Assembly: GCA_905178155.1 (NCBI GenBank)
Contig: CAJINV010000001.1
Location: 6,295,860-6,359,859 of the forward strand
Direction: 5' to 3'
Length of the DNA: 64,000 bases
DNA from: Amoebophrya sp. A120
Taxonomy: Eukaryota; Protista; Dinoflagellata
Position 1 is the stretch's first letter; the number at the start of each line of letters is the position of its first letter. Both the position numbers and the translations under genes were made by a program. The notes under the pieces were generated by a model. It worked only from the letters and a program-made list of their open reading frames with translations, did not search any database and was not told where the DNA came from. This document shows positions 48,754 to 59,670 of this stretch, one piece after another.

Positions 48754-49412
48754 ATGCCGCACTATCCGGACGAAATCGAGTACAGTGAAAAGTATCAAGA
48801 CGACACCTACGATTACCAATTGGGATTCGTTTTCAGCAATAAAGTCAAAATGAAACTTTGTCATGTGCTGGTCGTGCAATTTCAGTAAAAATAAGAAGTA
48901 TCCGCACCACGACCATTCGTACGAGTAAATTCATACATTTCATTGCTGAAACGAATTTCGTTTGGATGACCAGTACCGACACGTGATATTGCCGAAGCAC
49001 ATAGCAAAGAAGATGTACGCGAGCTATGGGTAAGTACGATGCTAATCTTTGAACTGGTTCTTGTTGAAGCGGTTGAAGAGTCGCGTCAGAAGTAAGACGA
49101 CAGCACTGGCATGTTTTTCTTTCTGATGCCGTCGTAGTAACGTTGCGACAGCGCGTACGCGTTTCATAATAATTGTTTTTCTACTTCGGGAAAAGGTAAA
49201 ACATACCCGTCTTCAATTACAACAGCCGCAATCTTTTGTCGGAAGACCAATGGCGGGGACTCGGCGTGCAGCAGAGTCGCGGGTGGATGCATTACGAGTG
49301 TCATAGACCCGAACCACACATCCTGTTGTTTCGCCGCCCGCTCGGTACAAACCCGCTCACCGGTATGGTCGAGGATCCGAATCTAGCCGCGCAGCAAGCC
49401 GTCGTGGCCTGA
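48754..49412 (+). CDS. CKS1: Cyclin-dependent kinase regulatory subunit Cks1/Suc1; 3 exons (48754-~48813, ~48974-49029, 49226-49412)
   Basis: Manual translation: [19 protein letters not shown](D/E)|[19 protein letters not shown]|[41 protein letters not shown]. Intron 2 (49030-49225) is gtaagt...cag. Confidence 0.95.
48814..48973. other. Non-canonical 160-nt hairpin intron (CKS1 intron 1)
   Basis: tacc direct repeat (48814-48817, 48974-48977); inverted arms attcgttttcagcaat (48825-48840) and attgctgaaacgaat (48942-48956); no usable GT donor. Confidence 0.8.
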
Positions 49413-50189
49413 TGATGTTGATTCTCTGTGAGCTGGGTCGTGAAATCAATCAAGCGACTCTGGATCATGATGTGGTCGTGTGCAGCAGCTGTACTTTTTG
49501 TTGAAGCAGGATTGAAGACTGCGGATACTTTCGCGTGTGAAAGAACTTGTCTCGGACGGAGCAGGTCCACACGACAATGATCGCAAATGCGATTCGAGAG
49601 GTGCAGTTGAACTCCATCAACTCGGACAAACCAGTTGCAGAGAAGCAATCCAAGAGACGCCCCAAAAGAAATTGTCGCGGACACGTTTTGCGTCTATTCG
49701 GGCCCCTGGGTAGAAGTAGGAACATGCTGCTGCATTCTTTCAGAGCCGTCCGTGTTCTCGCTTTCCTGTTCCATTCCTGGTAGGTGGCGCGACCACGAGT
49801 TTTCTTTGGCCACAATCTCGGTCGTCCCCCTCCCCCCACCTAATAGTGATAAATCTAGCTACTACATGGAAGATATCAATAGCGACGGCGAAACTCTGAT
49901 CAATTTAAATTTCTATACCAGCCAACGCATGATGAAATACAAATATGAATTTAAAGAACCACTGCTAAGGTAGTAGTAGAAGAGGGTAGAAGGTTCGTAT
50001 TTGATAGACGCCTCCGTCCCCCCCGCTGAGTGAGCAGACAGCACATGCTGTAAGTAGCAAATCACGTGAAGAACTATGTGCGTCCCGTTGCTTAAGCTTA
50101 TCAAACGAGGAAGATTTCAGTCGCGGCACATAAAGAATGCTCCACTCGTTTCGTCGCGGTTGTTTGTGTTGCACAAAAGCTTCCGAGAT

Positions 50190-53100
50190 ATGCTGGCGTT
50201 GTTTTCCATCATCGTCGTTCTCGTCACCTCTTTGCTACCTGCTCCAGCGGTCGCGCTTGCGCTCGGTTTTGGAAAGGCAGGGCTAGCGGGAACGAGAAGC
50301 GCGGAGGCGGAGGCGCATCAACAGCACCAAGAGTCCGTGACTAATTTCTACCGAAATTTCCCTAGTCATGGTTCAACAAATGATGCTCAATTCATTCCTA
50401 GTACCACTGCGGGGGGACGAGGACCCGAAGCAGCTGCAGCAGTCGCTCCGTATGACTGCCCAGCGAATGGGATTTATTTTGCGATCGAACACGACGGCCA
50501 GGACGCGAACAATAGTCCAAAAGCCCGTGGATCAGCCTCTTCTGCTAGCCCAGGAACCAACATCAACTCTGTTGGTGCTTACCTCCCACCTCTCCGACTC
50601 GCCAAATCTGCTTTTGTCTACTCGCCCTCCGCGGGCCTGCAACACGGCGAAAGCTGGTCGGAAGATGCGGAGCAGGCTCGCGTCGCGGCAAAGCTGACAC
50701 AGAAGCGCGAAGAGCTGACCGAGGTTGGAGAGCGGATCTGGGAATTGGTGCGAGCCTTTTCCTCTTCGCCTGCCGCAACACCGAATCCTCATGATGGTGT
50801 AGTTGTACCAGCAGTCTCGCCCCCCGCGCAGAAGGATCCGGTGCGGTTTTTGCGCGACAAGCTGCGCAACTGGAACGCCGTTTCCGCGCAGGAACGCCAT
50901 CGGCTTGCGACGTCACTTGCTGGAGTATTGGACGTCGAAGGGGGCGAGACCGTTTTTGAGTACACGACAAAGCTGCTCGAGACGAAATTGCTGCTGGTTC
51001 GCGAGATCGCACAAATGCAAACGGAAGCCACGGAACTATCAAGAGTTGCGCGAAAAGGTTCCAAAAATAGATCGTCGGTCCGACCGCGCCCGCGGATCCG
51101 CGACCTGGGCACGCCAGTTGACCTCGAAGCGGGGTTGGGGGATGGCGGGGGCGAGGGGATCATGGGGCCGACTGATAACGCGGTAGAAGATACGAACCTG
51201 GGTGGAACAAGGCGAGCAGATATCAGCACACTCTTTGAAGTTATCGATCCTTCTTCGACCTCTCGATCGCGTGAAGCGCGAGCTACGCCTGCTACGACAA
51301 GTGATATGAATGAGCCACGTCGAGCTGTTTTTTCGATGCAGGAATGCCTTGCTGAAGGCATGAACGCGGCGCCCTTAGGAACAACGGCGAATGATCTTCG
51401 CGCGCACAATGCCACAACTCGAGAAATTTCCGCACTCGTAACACTACCGCACCAACTTCGTTCTTGCGATTCGGGCAGAAAGCTGCGGTTAGTCGCTTCT
51501 CCAGTTTTGTGCGACAACGGTATCATCTACGCCGGGGGCGTTCCGCTTTACGCACTGCAGACCGGGCAGCTCTGGAACCGGAGCGGGGCTTTCGCGTTTG
51601 ACCCCGCGCAGCCCTGGCCAGGTGGGCAAGGGGGCCGTGGTGGCGGGGCCTTCGAGCAATTTTCTGTGTACCTCGAGGAGAACTACAAAGGGCATCGGAA
51701 AAGAGTCCTGTACATCGTGCCCTTCGGGACCGCCGCGACGGTGCGAGACACAACTTCACCTCTTGCAGCTGCGTCTCCCGTAATTACCAACTGCCCGCGC
51801 GGAGAGTATTTGGCACCTGCTGCGCACAAGTCGAAGACGGTGCGCTTCGTCAGCTCCCATGACTATGCACTGGGTGAGAAAATATTTGCTGCCGGGGACT
51901 ACCGGGAGCTAACCGAGCTCAATTTGCAGCGGAGTCTGAGAGACATGCACTGGGAGCCGCACGTCGACCTCATGCAGATGGAAAGAACGCAGCGTCCGCT
52001 ACAGGCAGTTGATGTGGAGACAGGACATCTTCAGCAACACAAACACTCAGCGACCGCCGAGTCCACCGTGACGCACAGCCTTTTTTGTCTCAGCCCCGGA
52101 CTCATCGGCAGTTCGTTGGATCCAAATTATGTGCTGCAGCTCTTCGACAAATCTCACGCAAAGAAGTTTTTTTTCGAACAGGATGACCGCGTTACCGCAA
52201 CACGAGCTGGTGAAGAGCTACAACTTGAATCGTCATCCTCTGCCCGTCAGATGAATTTTCGAGAGAAGTTCGAAGGTGGTGCTACTGCAGCTTCGACAGC
52301 AAAAGCCGGTAAAGACCGGCCGTCAGCATCTCTGATTCAAGCCGGCATGCAGCTTATTGGAGGTTTGATAGGAACGCCGCGCGATGGTGTCGAGCATGGA
52401 GGAACGACAGCAAACCATACCGGGCGGGCTGCCAGTCATGAAGCAAAAGTTCTTCACAGCACGACTTTCGCTGCATTTGCTGAGCCTTGGACCACCAGTA
52501 CAGAGTTCTTCGGGGACCACCAGAGCGGAACAGGGCAGACTCCGACGGTACTAGGCCTGTCAAGTAGTATCAACTCTTTTGAAGACGATATTTCCAAACT
52601 TGTCGAGGAGGGAACACCAGCACCCGCATCTGCCCAGCAGCATTTGGAGGTACCGCCCGGCGGCGAGGGGGGACGAAGCTTGGTCTTCAGCTCCATACCA
52701 TCAAGCGGGGCCGCTGCTGCTGCAACTTCCAGCGGACTGCAAAGTGAAGTGCCGAGTCTTCAGCTTGCACCGAATCTGCAGACGTACTCGCCGTCAAAAC
52801 TTGCGGAAGTTCCATTCCACAGGCTGAAGTTTGTCTCGACCGCCATTGACCGCACCGGCCGCGGACACTTCTTTCACTACCTGTCTTGCGGTCAAGATGT
52901 TCTTGCCCCGGAGCTTGCTGCGGCCTCGGCACGTTCCCTCGAATGGGACGGACGAGCAGAAGACCACGACGGGGCTGTGCGACTGCAGATTTTGCAGTAT
53001 TGTGGCCCTTCTACCGCAGGTGAACATATCGAGGAAGACGAAGACCTGGATGAAAATAAATCCGTGAGCGCTGGTATCGAAAAAAAGAAGGATTTCGGCA

Positions 53101-54866
53101 CCAGTAGCAGCCTGATGGACCACCTCGAAAAGGGCTTGCTTCCGCGGAGCGAGTCTACCGAGAATCTCGGGATGCAGCAACCACGTCAGGATTATACTAG
53201 CATTTCCGCGACGGAACGAGCAAACCCGGCGGGGCTGGGGCACGAACCATTGCTGCCGCTAGAAAGAAGAAACAAGAAAGGCACGGCTCAACATTCTCGA
53301 ACATCAGAAACTAACCAACAAAACGACGACCCGCTGGTGTTTCACTCTTCCCGGTCCTCCCCGGCCTCTCCTCGCGTGAGCCGAGGACTCGCGCTCGAAG
53401 CGCGCGAAGTGCCCCGCGCTCTGAGCGTCGGCGACCTACCCGCGCTGCGGGATCGCGAGGCCGAGCTTGAAGCTCTGGAACTGGAGCTGGAAGCGAACGC
53501 GACCAAGCGGGAGGCACTCGCAGTGTTGGCCAAGCTGAAGAGTGTGGTCGCTGAGCATCGGTCGCGCGCTCCCACTGAGCACTCCGACGAGTCAGATACC
53601 GACGGGGCGGCCGTGAGTCGAACCAATTCGGCGGGACAGCGACCGCTGCGGAAAGCGAAAAACCTCAGTCGGGACAATTTCACTCCCTTTTCGTGGGACC
53701 GAACCACCAGTCCGGGCAGCAACAGCGCAACCTCGTCTGGCCTGACGGGACCACCCCCGCGTGCTACCCAGGGCGGTGTCGGGGTAGCACACCAGCCGCC
53801 GACGCTAGGGAGCAGCACCGGCCAGAGCAGCGTGCGGGGCTCGAGTTCCGCCGGGTCGACCCCCAGCTCCAACGCCGGCGGGGCAAATGCTGCGCAAATG
53901 AGCACCACCGGCGGAATGACAGTAATTGTTTCGCGATTCATGCAGACCGCTGCTACCGTGCACGGCCTGTGCTTGATCTTGCTGGCGGTCCTGTTCCTTT
54001 CGGTCGCGATGGCGCTACTGTGTGCGTTCGTGCTACAAGACCGCCGGGCGGGGCACAACACGCGAAATATCGCGATCGTCAAGAAAGAACAGAACTACGG
54101 CCGCAGCAAACGTCACTCCTCTTCAAGTAGTAGCTCCAGCAGTTCTAGCGGTTCCGAAGAGGAAAGGGCGCGGACCAGGGCAAGTATACAGCGGAAATTG
54201 CTGAAGGCGGCGGCAGCCAACAGAAGGAACGCAAACACTAGATCTGGTGCGACGACCGCCGGTGGAGGCGGGCCGTCGACATTGAACAACAGCAAGAAGC
54301 ACGGCAGTCACGAGGGACTACAGCACCACGCCGGGAGCAGCACCGGCAAACAGCGCATGAACAACAACACTTCCACGTCCCACGGGCCGCGAAGTAACCG
54401 ACCTCTTAGCTCCGGAAACAAGAAGCACGAGCGTTTCTTGTCCTCCTCGAGCAGGAAAAATAAGAACGCGCTGTTGATGTCGTCTCCCGTTTTCGCACCC
54501 CGTCCTGGCGCCTCCTGGTCGGCCGGGGCGCAACACAACTTCCGCAAGCAGTCGCTAACCTCTGGGCGTGATTCGCGGGCTTCTCCTTGCACCGACGGCG
54601 GCGTCAGTGTCACCATCGAGGAGGAACGAACAGAGAAACTACTTCAGCCCAGTCTCAGTCAGAGTAGGCATGTAGATGTACAACTACCTGCTGTTGAGCA
54701 GCAAATGCGATCCCTGGGCCGACCGGGGCACCGGGTCTCGCGGAAGGTAGTTCGCGTTTTCGGGGAAAAGCGGAATTCCATCGACGGGGCAAACGGCTCT
54801 TCTCTGCCGGGTGGAGCGACAACTTCGAGTATGCGGTCATCTCCGACCCAGATCTTGGAGGAGTAG
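50190..54866 (+). CDS. Large hypothetical type-I membrane/surface protein
   Basis: Signal-peptide-like MLALFSIIVVLVTSLLPAPAVALA, very long open frame, one TM (LCLILLAVLFLSVAMALLCAFVL), basic S-rich cytoplasmic tail. Confidence 0.75.
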   Translation: MLALFSIIVVLVTSLLPAPAVALALGFGKAGLAGTRSAEAEAHQQHQESVTNFYRNFPSHGSTNDAQFIPSTTAGGRGPEAAAAVAPYDCPANGIYFAIEHDGQDANNSPKARGSASSASPGTNINSVGAYLPPLRLAKSAFVYSPSAGLQHGESWSEDAEQARVAAKLTQKREELTEVGERIWELVRAFSSSPAATPNPHDGVVVPAVSPPAQKDPVRFLRDKLRNWNAVSAQERHRLATSLAGVLDVEGGETVFEYTTKLLETKLLLVREIAQMQTEATELSRVARKGSKNRSSVRPRPRIRDLGTPVDLEAGLGDGGGEGIMGPTDNAVEDTNLGGTRRADISTLFEVIDPSSTSRSREARATPATTSDMNEPRRAVFSMQECLAEGMNAAPLGTTANDLRAHNATTREISALVTLPHQLRSCDSGRKLRLVASPVLCDNGIIYAGGVPLYALQTGQLWNRSGAFAFDPAQPWPGGQGGRGGGAFEQFSVYLEENYKGHRKRVLYIVPFGTAATVRDTTSPLAAASPVITNCPRGEYLAPAAHKSKTVRFVSSHDYALGEKIFAAGDYRELTELNLQRSLRDMHWEPHVDLMQMERTQRPLQAVDVETGHLQQHKHSATAESTVTHSLFCLSPGLIGSSLDPNYVLQLFDKSHAKKFFFEQDDRVTATRAGEELQLESSSSARQMNFREKFEGGATAASTAKAGKDRPSASLIQAGMQLIGGLIGTPRDGVEHGGTTANHTGRAASHEAKVLHSTTFAAFAEPWTTSTEFFGDHQSGTGQTPTVLGLSSSINSFEDDISKLVEEGTPAPASAQQHLEVPPGGEGGRSLVFSSIPSSGAAAAATSSGLQSEVPSLQLAPNLQTYSPSKLAEVPFHRLKFVSTAIDRTGRGHFFHYLSCGQDVLAPELAAASARSLEWDGRAEDHDGAVRLQILQYCGPSTAGEHIEEDEDLDENKSVSAGIEKKKDFGTSSSLMDHLEKGLLPRSESTENLGMQQPRQDYTSISATERANPAGLGHEPLLPLERRNKKGTAQHSRTSETNQQNDDPLVFHSSRSSPASPRVSRGLALEAREVPRALSVGDLPALRDREAELEALELELEANATKREALAVLAKLKSVVAEHRSRAPTEHSDESDTDGAAVSRTNSAGQRPLRKAKNLSRDNFTPFSWDRTTSPGSNSATSSGLTGPPPRATQGGVGVAHQPPTLGSSTGQSSVRGSSSAGSTPSSNAGGANAAQMSTTGGMTVIVSRFMQTAATVHGLCLILLAVLFLSVAMALLCAFVLQDRRAGHNTRNIAIVKKEQNYGRSKRHSSSSSSSSSSSGSEEERARTRASIQRKLLKAAAANRRNANTRSGATTAGGGGPSTLNNSKKHGSHEGLQHHAGSSTGKQRMNNNTSTSHGPRSNRPLSSGNKKHERFLSSSSRKNKNALLMSSPVFAPRPGASWSAGAQHNFRKQSLTSGRDSRASPCTDGGVSVTIEEERTEKLLQPSLSQSRHVDVQLPAVEQQMRSLGRPGHRVSRKVVRVFGEKRNSIDGANGSSLPGGATTSSMRSSPTQILEE

Positions 54867-55961
54867 GTAAAAACAGCGGGTCGTGTGCAAGAACTGGCAC
54901 GAGGACCTGACTCGCCTTTACCTGTGTCAGATCTACTGGTGGTGGGATATGCCCTCCGGATAGTGGAATTCTTCCAATGCGTATGTTGATGTATGCATGT
55001 GTAGTCATACAAGTCAAAAAAGTTGTAGTCTGAAAAAACGTAAACAAATCCATATGATTTTTGTTTCATCACTTCTTTTTGGTCTGCTAAAACTCAAAAA
55101 CACTAAAATTGATAGGTTGTCTTCATAGAATACAGTTTCAGTTGAGGACAGGTTGTGGATGACTGATCGTGATGAATGAAGCAAGCTACCGATGAAAATT
55201 CGATGACTCAGCAGTAAGTAGCCTGGTGTTGTCGTGCTGTAAGATGATTCATCTGCCTCGGGGCCGGCAACCGACTGCCATAGCGCGTGGTTGTCGAGTT
55301 GGATTTTGATCACATGTGTCCATTGAATCTAAATCTATTGCAAGCTGCAGAAGGCCTTCAACCTCCTCTGCGAATCTGCTTCGACGTCCGATCTTTTTGT
55401 CATGATATGTCAAGAAAAAAGCAAGATGGAATTCAGACCGTTGTCGTTGTAGCACTAGCAGTAGCTGCAGCTATAAATGCCTCTCCGATTCTTTCAGCCC
55501 TATTGGTTCTCCTTGAAGAAAGATAATTAATTTTATCGTGTTTATTCTCCATTTTGGCATCTCTGTAGTGTTTTCAACCCTTTCTTTCTTCATTCTGTCA
55601 GTCCACCCTAAGGTTTAATTTTGCTCTACCAGAAGGGATGCTGTTTCTACCAGGTATCTTGTTGCCTATCAATTTTCAAGTCGAGATGAAATAATTTGGA
55701 AGATGAGTATGTGTATGTTCAATGTTCTTGGTCTTGGCCCTATCTCTTCAGTATGTACAGCTTTTCGCAATGAACTTGAACCAACTCTACACGTGAGTAT
55801 GATTATTGTCGGCCTGTGATCGTGATGTTGCGCCTGCGAGTGTGAAGAGATGAAGACGCAGTGTATAATCGTGGGGTGTGTGCTGCAAGGCAAGTAAACT
55901 CGGGTTTGAGTAAATTCATCAGGGAAACAAGCAGAGAAGCAGAAGCGTCCTCGCAGACCAC

Positions 55962-58775
55962 ATGGCGTCCTCGCTGAAGAAGATCCAACTCTCCTTAATC
56001 GGAGTGGAGGAGGCTGCAACCGGGAGTTCCGCTCCCCCTTCTACCGCAGCCTCCTCGATCCGAAACTTACCGGCGAAGCCGTTGAAGGAGGTCAGCGTGA
56101 AGAAAACTTTCGACGTCGTGGGACAGGCATACGGAGCCCTCTGCAAGGACCGCAAAAGTACTTTTCGGGTTTCGCCCATCATCTCCTGCGGCTTCTTCTT
56201 CGCGCCCCACGTCGCGATACAGGATTGCCCGCCAGTTTTGGAGGATGCGCAGCGCACGTCGGCGGAGGTGCGACTGTTTTTGAGGAAGGTCAACAGTCAA
56301 CCCGCAGCGGAAGAGTCCCTGATTCGCGTGCGCCTTTTCTTGGACCTTGTTCCAGGGGACGAAAAGATGGCAGCTGCGAGCCCCCGACGCTTTCTGGAGG
56401 TCGACGCGCGGCCAGGAACGCAATTGAGGGAGCTGCTGCAGTATTGCAAATTGGGGGTCGGCGCCGGGAAGGAGGAGCCGCGGGGGGTTTGCTTTGCTGC
56501 GTCGGCCGGCGCAACCGCAACGACTAGCGCGCTGTCACCAACAAGTAAATCGATCGCCGACGTTCAGAAAGCTTGGCAAGAACAGCGAACGGGTGACCAG
56601 AAGAACATGAACGATCCGTCTGCGGTGATCGAGCTATCTGTTTGTGACACGAAAGCTGCCAAAACGCCTGTTCCCCCGTCGATCGGTTCCACTTCCAGCA
56701 AAAGACCTGCCGGCCAAGGGAAAGATGCGGAACCTGCAAAAAAGCAGCGGAAGATGGAGGAGCCGAAAGCGCCACGCGTCGTGACGGCGAAAAAGGAAGA
56801 TGCAAACAAGTCTGCAAGCAACCAAAAGCCAGGCTTCGGCACAGCAAACAAGGTGCAGCCCTCCTCTTCTTCCTCCTCTGAAGTGGCGCCGTCATCCGCA
56901 CGCAGAGATGGAGCTTCAGCACACGGTGGGACACACACTGGAACCGTTAAAAGCGACGATGATCCGACAGCAACATCCTCCTCCTCGTCTTCAGGGGCAT
57001 CTGCGTTCGCCGATTTGGAAGCTCTCCGCGAGGCACAGCGGAAGAGGCACATGCTACCTGACACTAAATCGGCTGCGCAGCTGAATCTGAATTATAGTCG
57101 ACGAGGCGGCGGCGCACTAAATCCAAGCCCAACGTCGGAAGCCACTGTCAAGAAACAGTCGGTGGTCCTTGTAGGAACGGATGGGCAACGAGTTGAATCT
57201 CACGCCGGGAGAGCTGCAACCTCGAGTACCGCCAATCTGCCCACCGGAATGGGCGGGCCTGCATATGGATTTCTGGAACAGAAGGAGATGAAGGCAGCAG
57301 GAGCGGGAACACCGCGCTCCACTCCGCCAGGCAGCAAAAACAGCGGAAGAGCAGATCTAGGACCCGCCTCGTCCGGAGCTTCTGCAATACGCGGAACTGC
57401 AACTGCTATGTCGATGCTTGGGACCTCAACATCATCTGCAAAACCCGTTGTAGCGCCGGTTTTTCAGAACGGTTCTGTTGGGAATCATCGTCTTCATGCC
57501 AATCCTACGAATAGGAACACGAACACAATGACGAATTCCATGGCGGCCTTGTCGGCGAGAAGCAGACTGCAAGCTGCGTCTGCGGGTATTTTTAAGTCTG
57601 CAAGCGCAGTTCCTGCTGCACTGGCTGTAAATAACAGAAGTGTACTAGTTAACACGACAGCTTTGGCTCTGGCCGTTCCAGGCGCTGCAGCCGCTTCCGC
57701 GACAACTGCACAGAATTCCGACCCCGCTTTCGTCGCACGGATTCAGGGTATCGCGAAGCGGCTGGATTTTAAGGACAAAAAAGCTGAGGTCACGGACTTC
57801 TCCAACGTGAGCCAAGACCTGAAACAGGTGGGCGCGTTCAAGTCGGAGATTACCAAAGAAGTTTTGAGGCAGAGCGGTTTAGGGAAGATCCTCAGCGAGC
57901 TGTCCAAGAACAGCGATCTTCCGGCCCGGCTGCGGGATCAGGCGAAGGAGCTCGTGAATTTTCTCAAAGGCGCCGTGTTGACCAATAAAGCAGGAGACAA
58001 CAATGCAGGCGCGATTGTGCCGCTGAATAGCACCAACAGCGGCCGCACTACGCCCGGCGGTCCGCGGGCGGCCGCACCGAAAGTAGACGCGTCCATGATA
58101 CGACCGTCGGCTTTTCAAAGCGGTAATGTCAGCGCAGCTTCTGCTTCCTCAAATACTAGTCGCGCCCTCGCACTACAGGCCAGGAACGTAAAAACCTCGT
58201 CCTCCACCGCAATGGTCCTTCCGCAGCCGAAAATTACCGGCGATTACGCACTTTCCACGACGGACCACAATGCAAAGTCCAGCGGTATCACGAGCCAGCA
58301 CCGCGACGAGTGCACCGCTTTGTTCGAGAAATCAGGGCTCGGGAGCAAGGACGCAATCGACCTAGAGAACGCGATTTTTCACTACGTGGCGCATAAGCAG
58401 GAGCGCCGCAAGTACGATTTCTACGTGCGCGAGGCCCGGTCGCGGATCCGCACCAAGCCCCGCGTGATGGAAATGGTCAACCGCGGAGAGCTGTTGATTT
58501 ACCACCTTTTCCTTGTTCCCGTGGAATTCTTGCAAACGGCGGAGCAGCAGGACGAGCTGCTGGCGGAGCGTGCCAAGCTGCAGAGCAACGCGAACTTCGG
58601 CGACGATATGAAGGGCACCAAGGTGCTGGACGGCACGAGATGCCCGCGCTGTGGCAACGTGGACCGGATCTACTCCAAAACAGTGCAGCGCGGGTGGCAC
58701 AACGACCACGGCGATCCCGTGACGAGCTACCGCTGCGACGCGTGTGATCACCGATGGCGAGAGGGGGCGGATTAG
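55962..58775 (+). CDS. TFIIS-like protein (TFIIS N-terminal helical domain, central domain, C-terminal Zn ribbon)
   Basis: ITKEVLRQSGLGKILSEL...AKELV (TFIIS-N/LW pattern), AIDLENAIF (domain II), CPRC...YRCDACDHRWR (Zn ribbon). Confidence 0.75.
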   Translation: MASSLKKIQLSLIGVEEAATGSSAPPSTAASSIRNLPAKPLKEVSVKKTFDVVGQAYGALCKDRKSTFRVSPIISCGFFFAPHVAIQDCPPVLEDAQRTSAEVRLFLRKVNSQPAAEESLIRVRLFLDLVPGDEKMAAASPRRFLEVDARPGTQLRELLQYCKLGVGAGKEEPRGVCFAASAGATATTSALSPTSKSIADVQKAWQEQRTGDQKNMNDPSAVIELSVCDTKAAKTPVPPSIGSTSSKRPAGQGKDAEPAKKQRKMEEPKAPRVVTAKKEDANKSASNQKPGFGTANKVQPSSSSSSEVAPSSARRDGASAHGGTHTGTVKSDDDPTATSSSSSSGASAFADLEALREAQRKRHMLPDTKSAAQLNLNYSRRGGGALNPSPTSEATVKKQSVVLVGTDGQRVESHAGRAATSSTANLPTGMGGPAYGFLEQKEMKAAGAGTPRSTPPGSKNSGRADLGPASSGASAIRGTATAMSMLGTSTSSAKPVVAPVFQNGSVGNHRLHANPTNRNTNTMTNSMAALSARSRLQAASAGIFKSASAVPAALAVNNRSVLVNTTALALAVPGAAAASATTAQNSDPAFVARIQGIAKRLDFKDKKAEVTDFSNVSQDLKQVGAFKSEITKEVLRQSGLGKILSELSKNSDLPARLRDQAKELVNFLKGAVLTNKAGDNNAGAIVPLNSTNSGRTTPGGPRAAAPKVDASMIRPSAFQSGNVSAASASSNTSRALALQARNVKTSSSTAMVLPQPKITGDYALSTTDHNAKSSGITSQHRDECTALFEKSGLGSKDAIDLENAIFHYVAHKQERRKYDFYVREARSRIRTKPRVMEMVNRGELLIYHLFLVPVEFLQTAEQQDELLAERAKLQSNANFGDDMKGTKVLDGTRCPRCGNVDRIYSKTVQRGWHNDHGDPVTSYRCDACDHRWREGAD

Positions 58776-59670
58776 CTGTACAAAATGAAAATTGTAATTG
58801 AGAATGTTAGCAATAGCATGGGGCTGATCCTGATAAGCAGGAAAAGGGTCTCATCGCTCAAGATACCGAGCGACAGCAAAGTGTACTCGAATGAATAAAC
58901 GATTTTTTACGAACGTGAACGTGTCCAATTTTTTCACTGAATCTAGCACATGCGAGACGCATTATCTTCAAAAAGGTCAGCAGGTGGCGGTCCTCGTGGC
59001 GGATCCGCAAAAAGAAGTTACTCCGGTCGAACTCGAACAATTACAATAACAAGTGTTCTACTTCGTGCAGAAGGTGATCCGACTGGCTCACTTCGACTCG
59101 GAGTTAAAGAGTTGCAACTGATCTCCTTGCTGCGCGAGACTGATGGTGATGTCTGTGGCATTTGATGGATAAATAAAGATCTCATATGTGTATTTGTATT
59201 TCTTTTTCCAGCTCACGGCGCCTGTGCCAGGATCATCTATTGTTCGGGTCCACCATCGTCGTGATCTCAATCTTGCTCACCGAGAGCGGTGTTTCTTTAT
59301 TCGTGCGGATTCTTTTGTGCACTTTGTGCTTATGATGGTCTTTGCCTTGGTAGAAGTTTAGGTTTCACGGTAGTTTTTCTCTTCGATAATCCTTGCTTGT
59401 TGTATTCTTTGTCTTTTTTCATGGTCCTCCGTTGTTGCTTAGGTTCAGCTACGTTTTTTGTCGTTAATAATACTTTTTCTCATCCTGGCCGCGCCTATCT
59501 ACCGTCGCACGTTCTGTCGTTCCTTTCATGCTGCAAACTTGACAAGGAAAAGCTAAAGCAGATGCACGTAATGTGATGTGAAAAGCTAACAAACTTCGAA
59601 GTTGTATCGAGGTCGCCTTGGCTATTTCCGGCGCATCAAGATAGAAGGGAGAGAAACAAAAATACCGAAG

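Noticed and set aside
55549-55558. ccattttggc, part of the dinoflagellate spliced leader
   Set aside because: Only 10 nt, the flanks do not match, and it is ~400 bp from the next ATG; compatible with chance.
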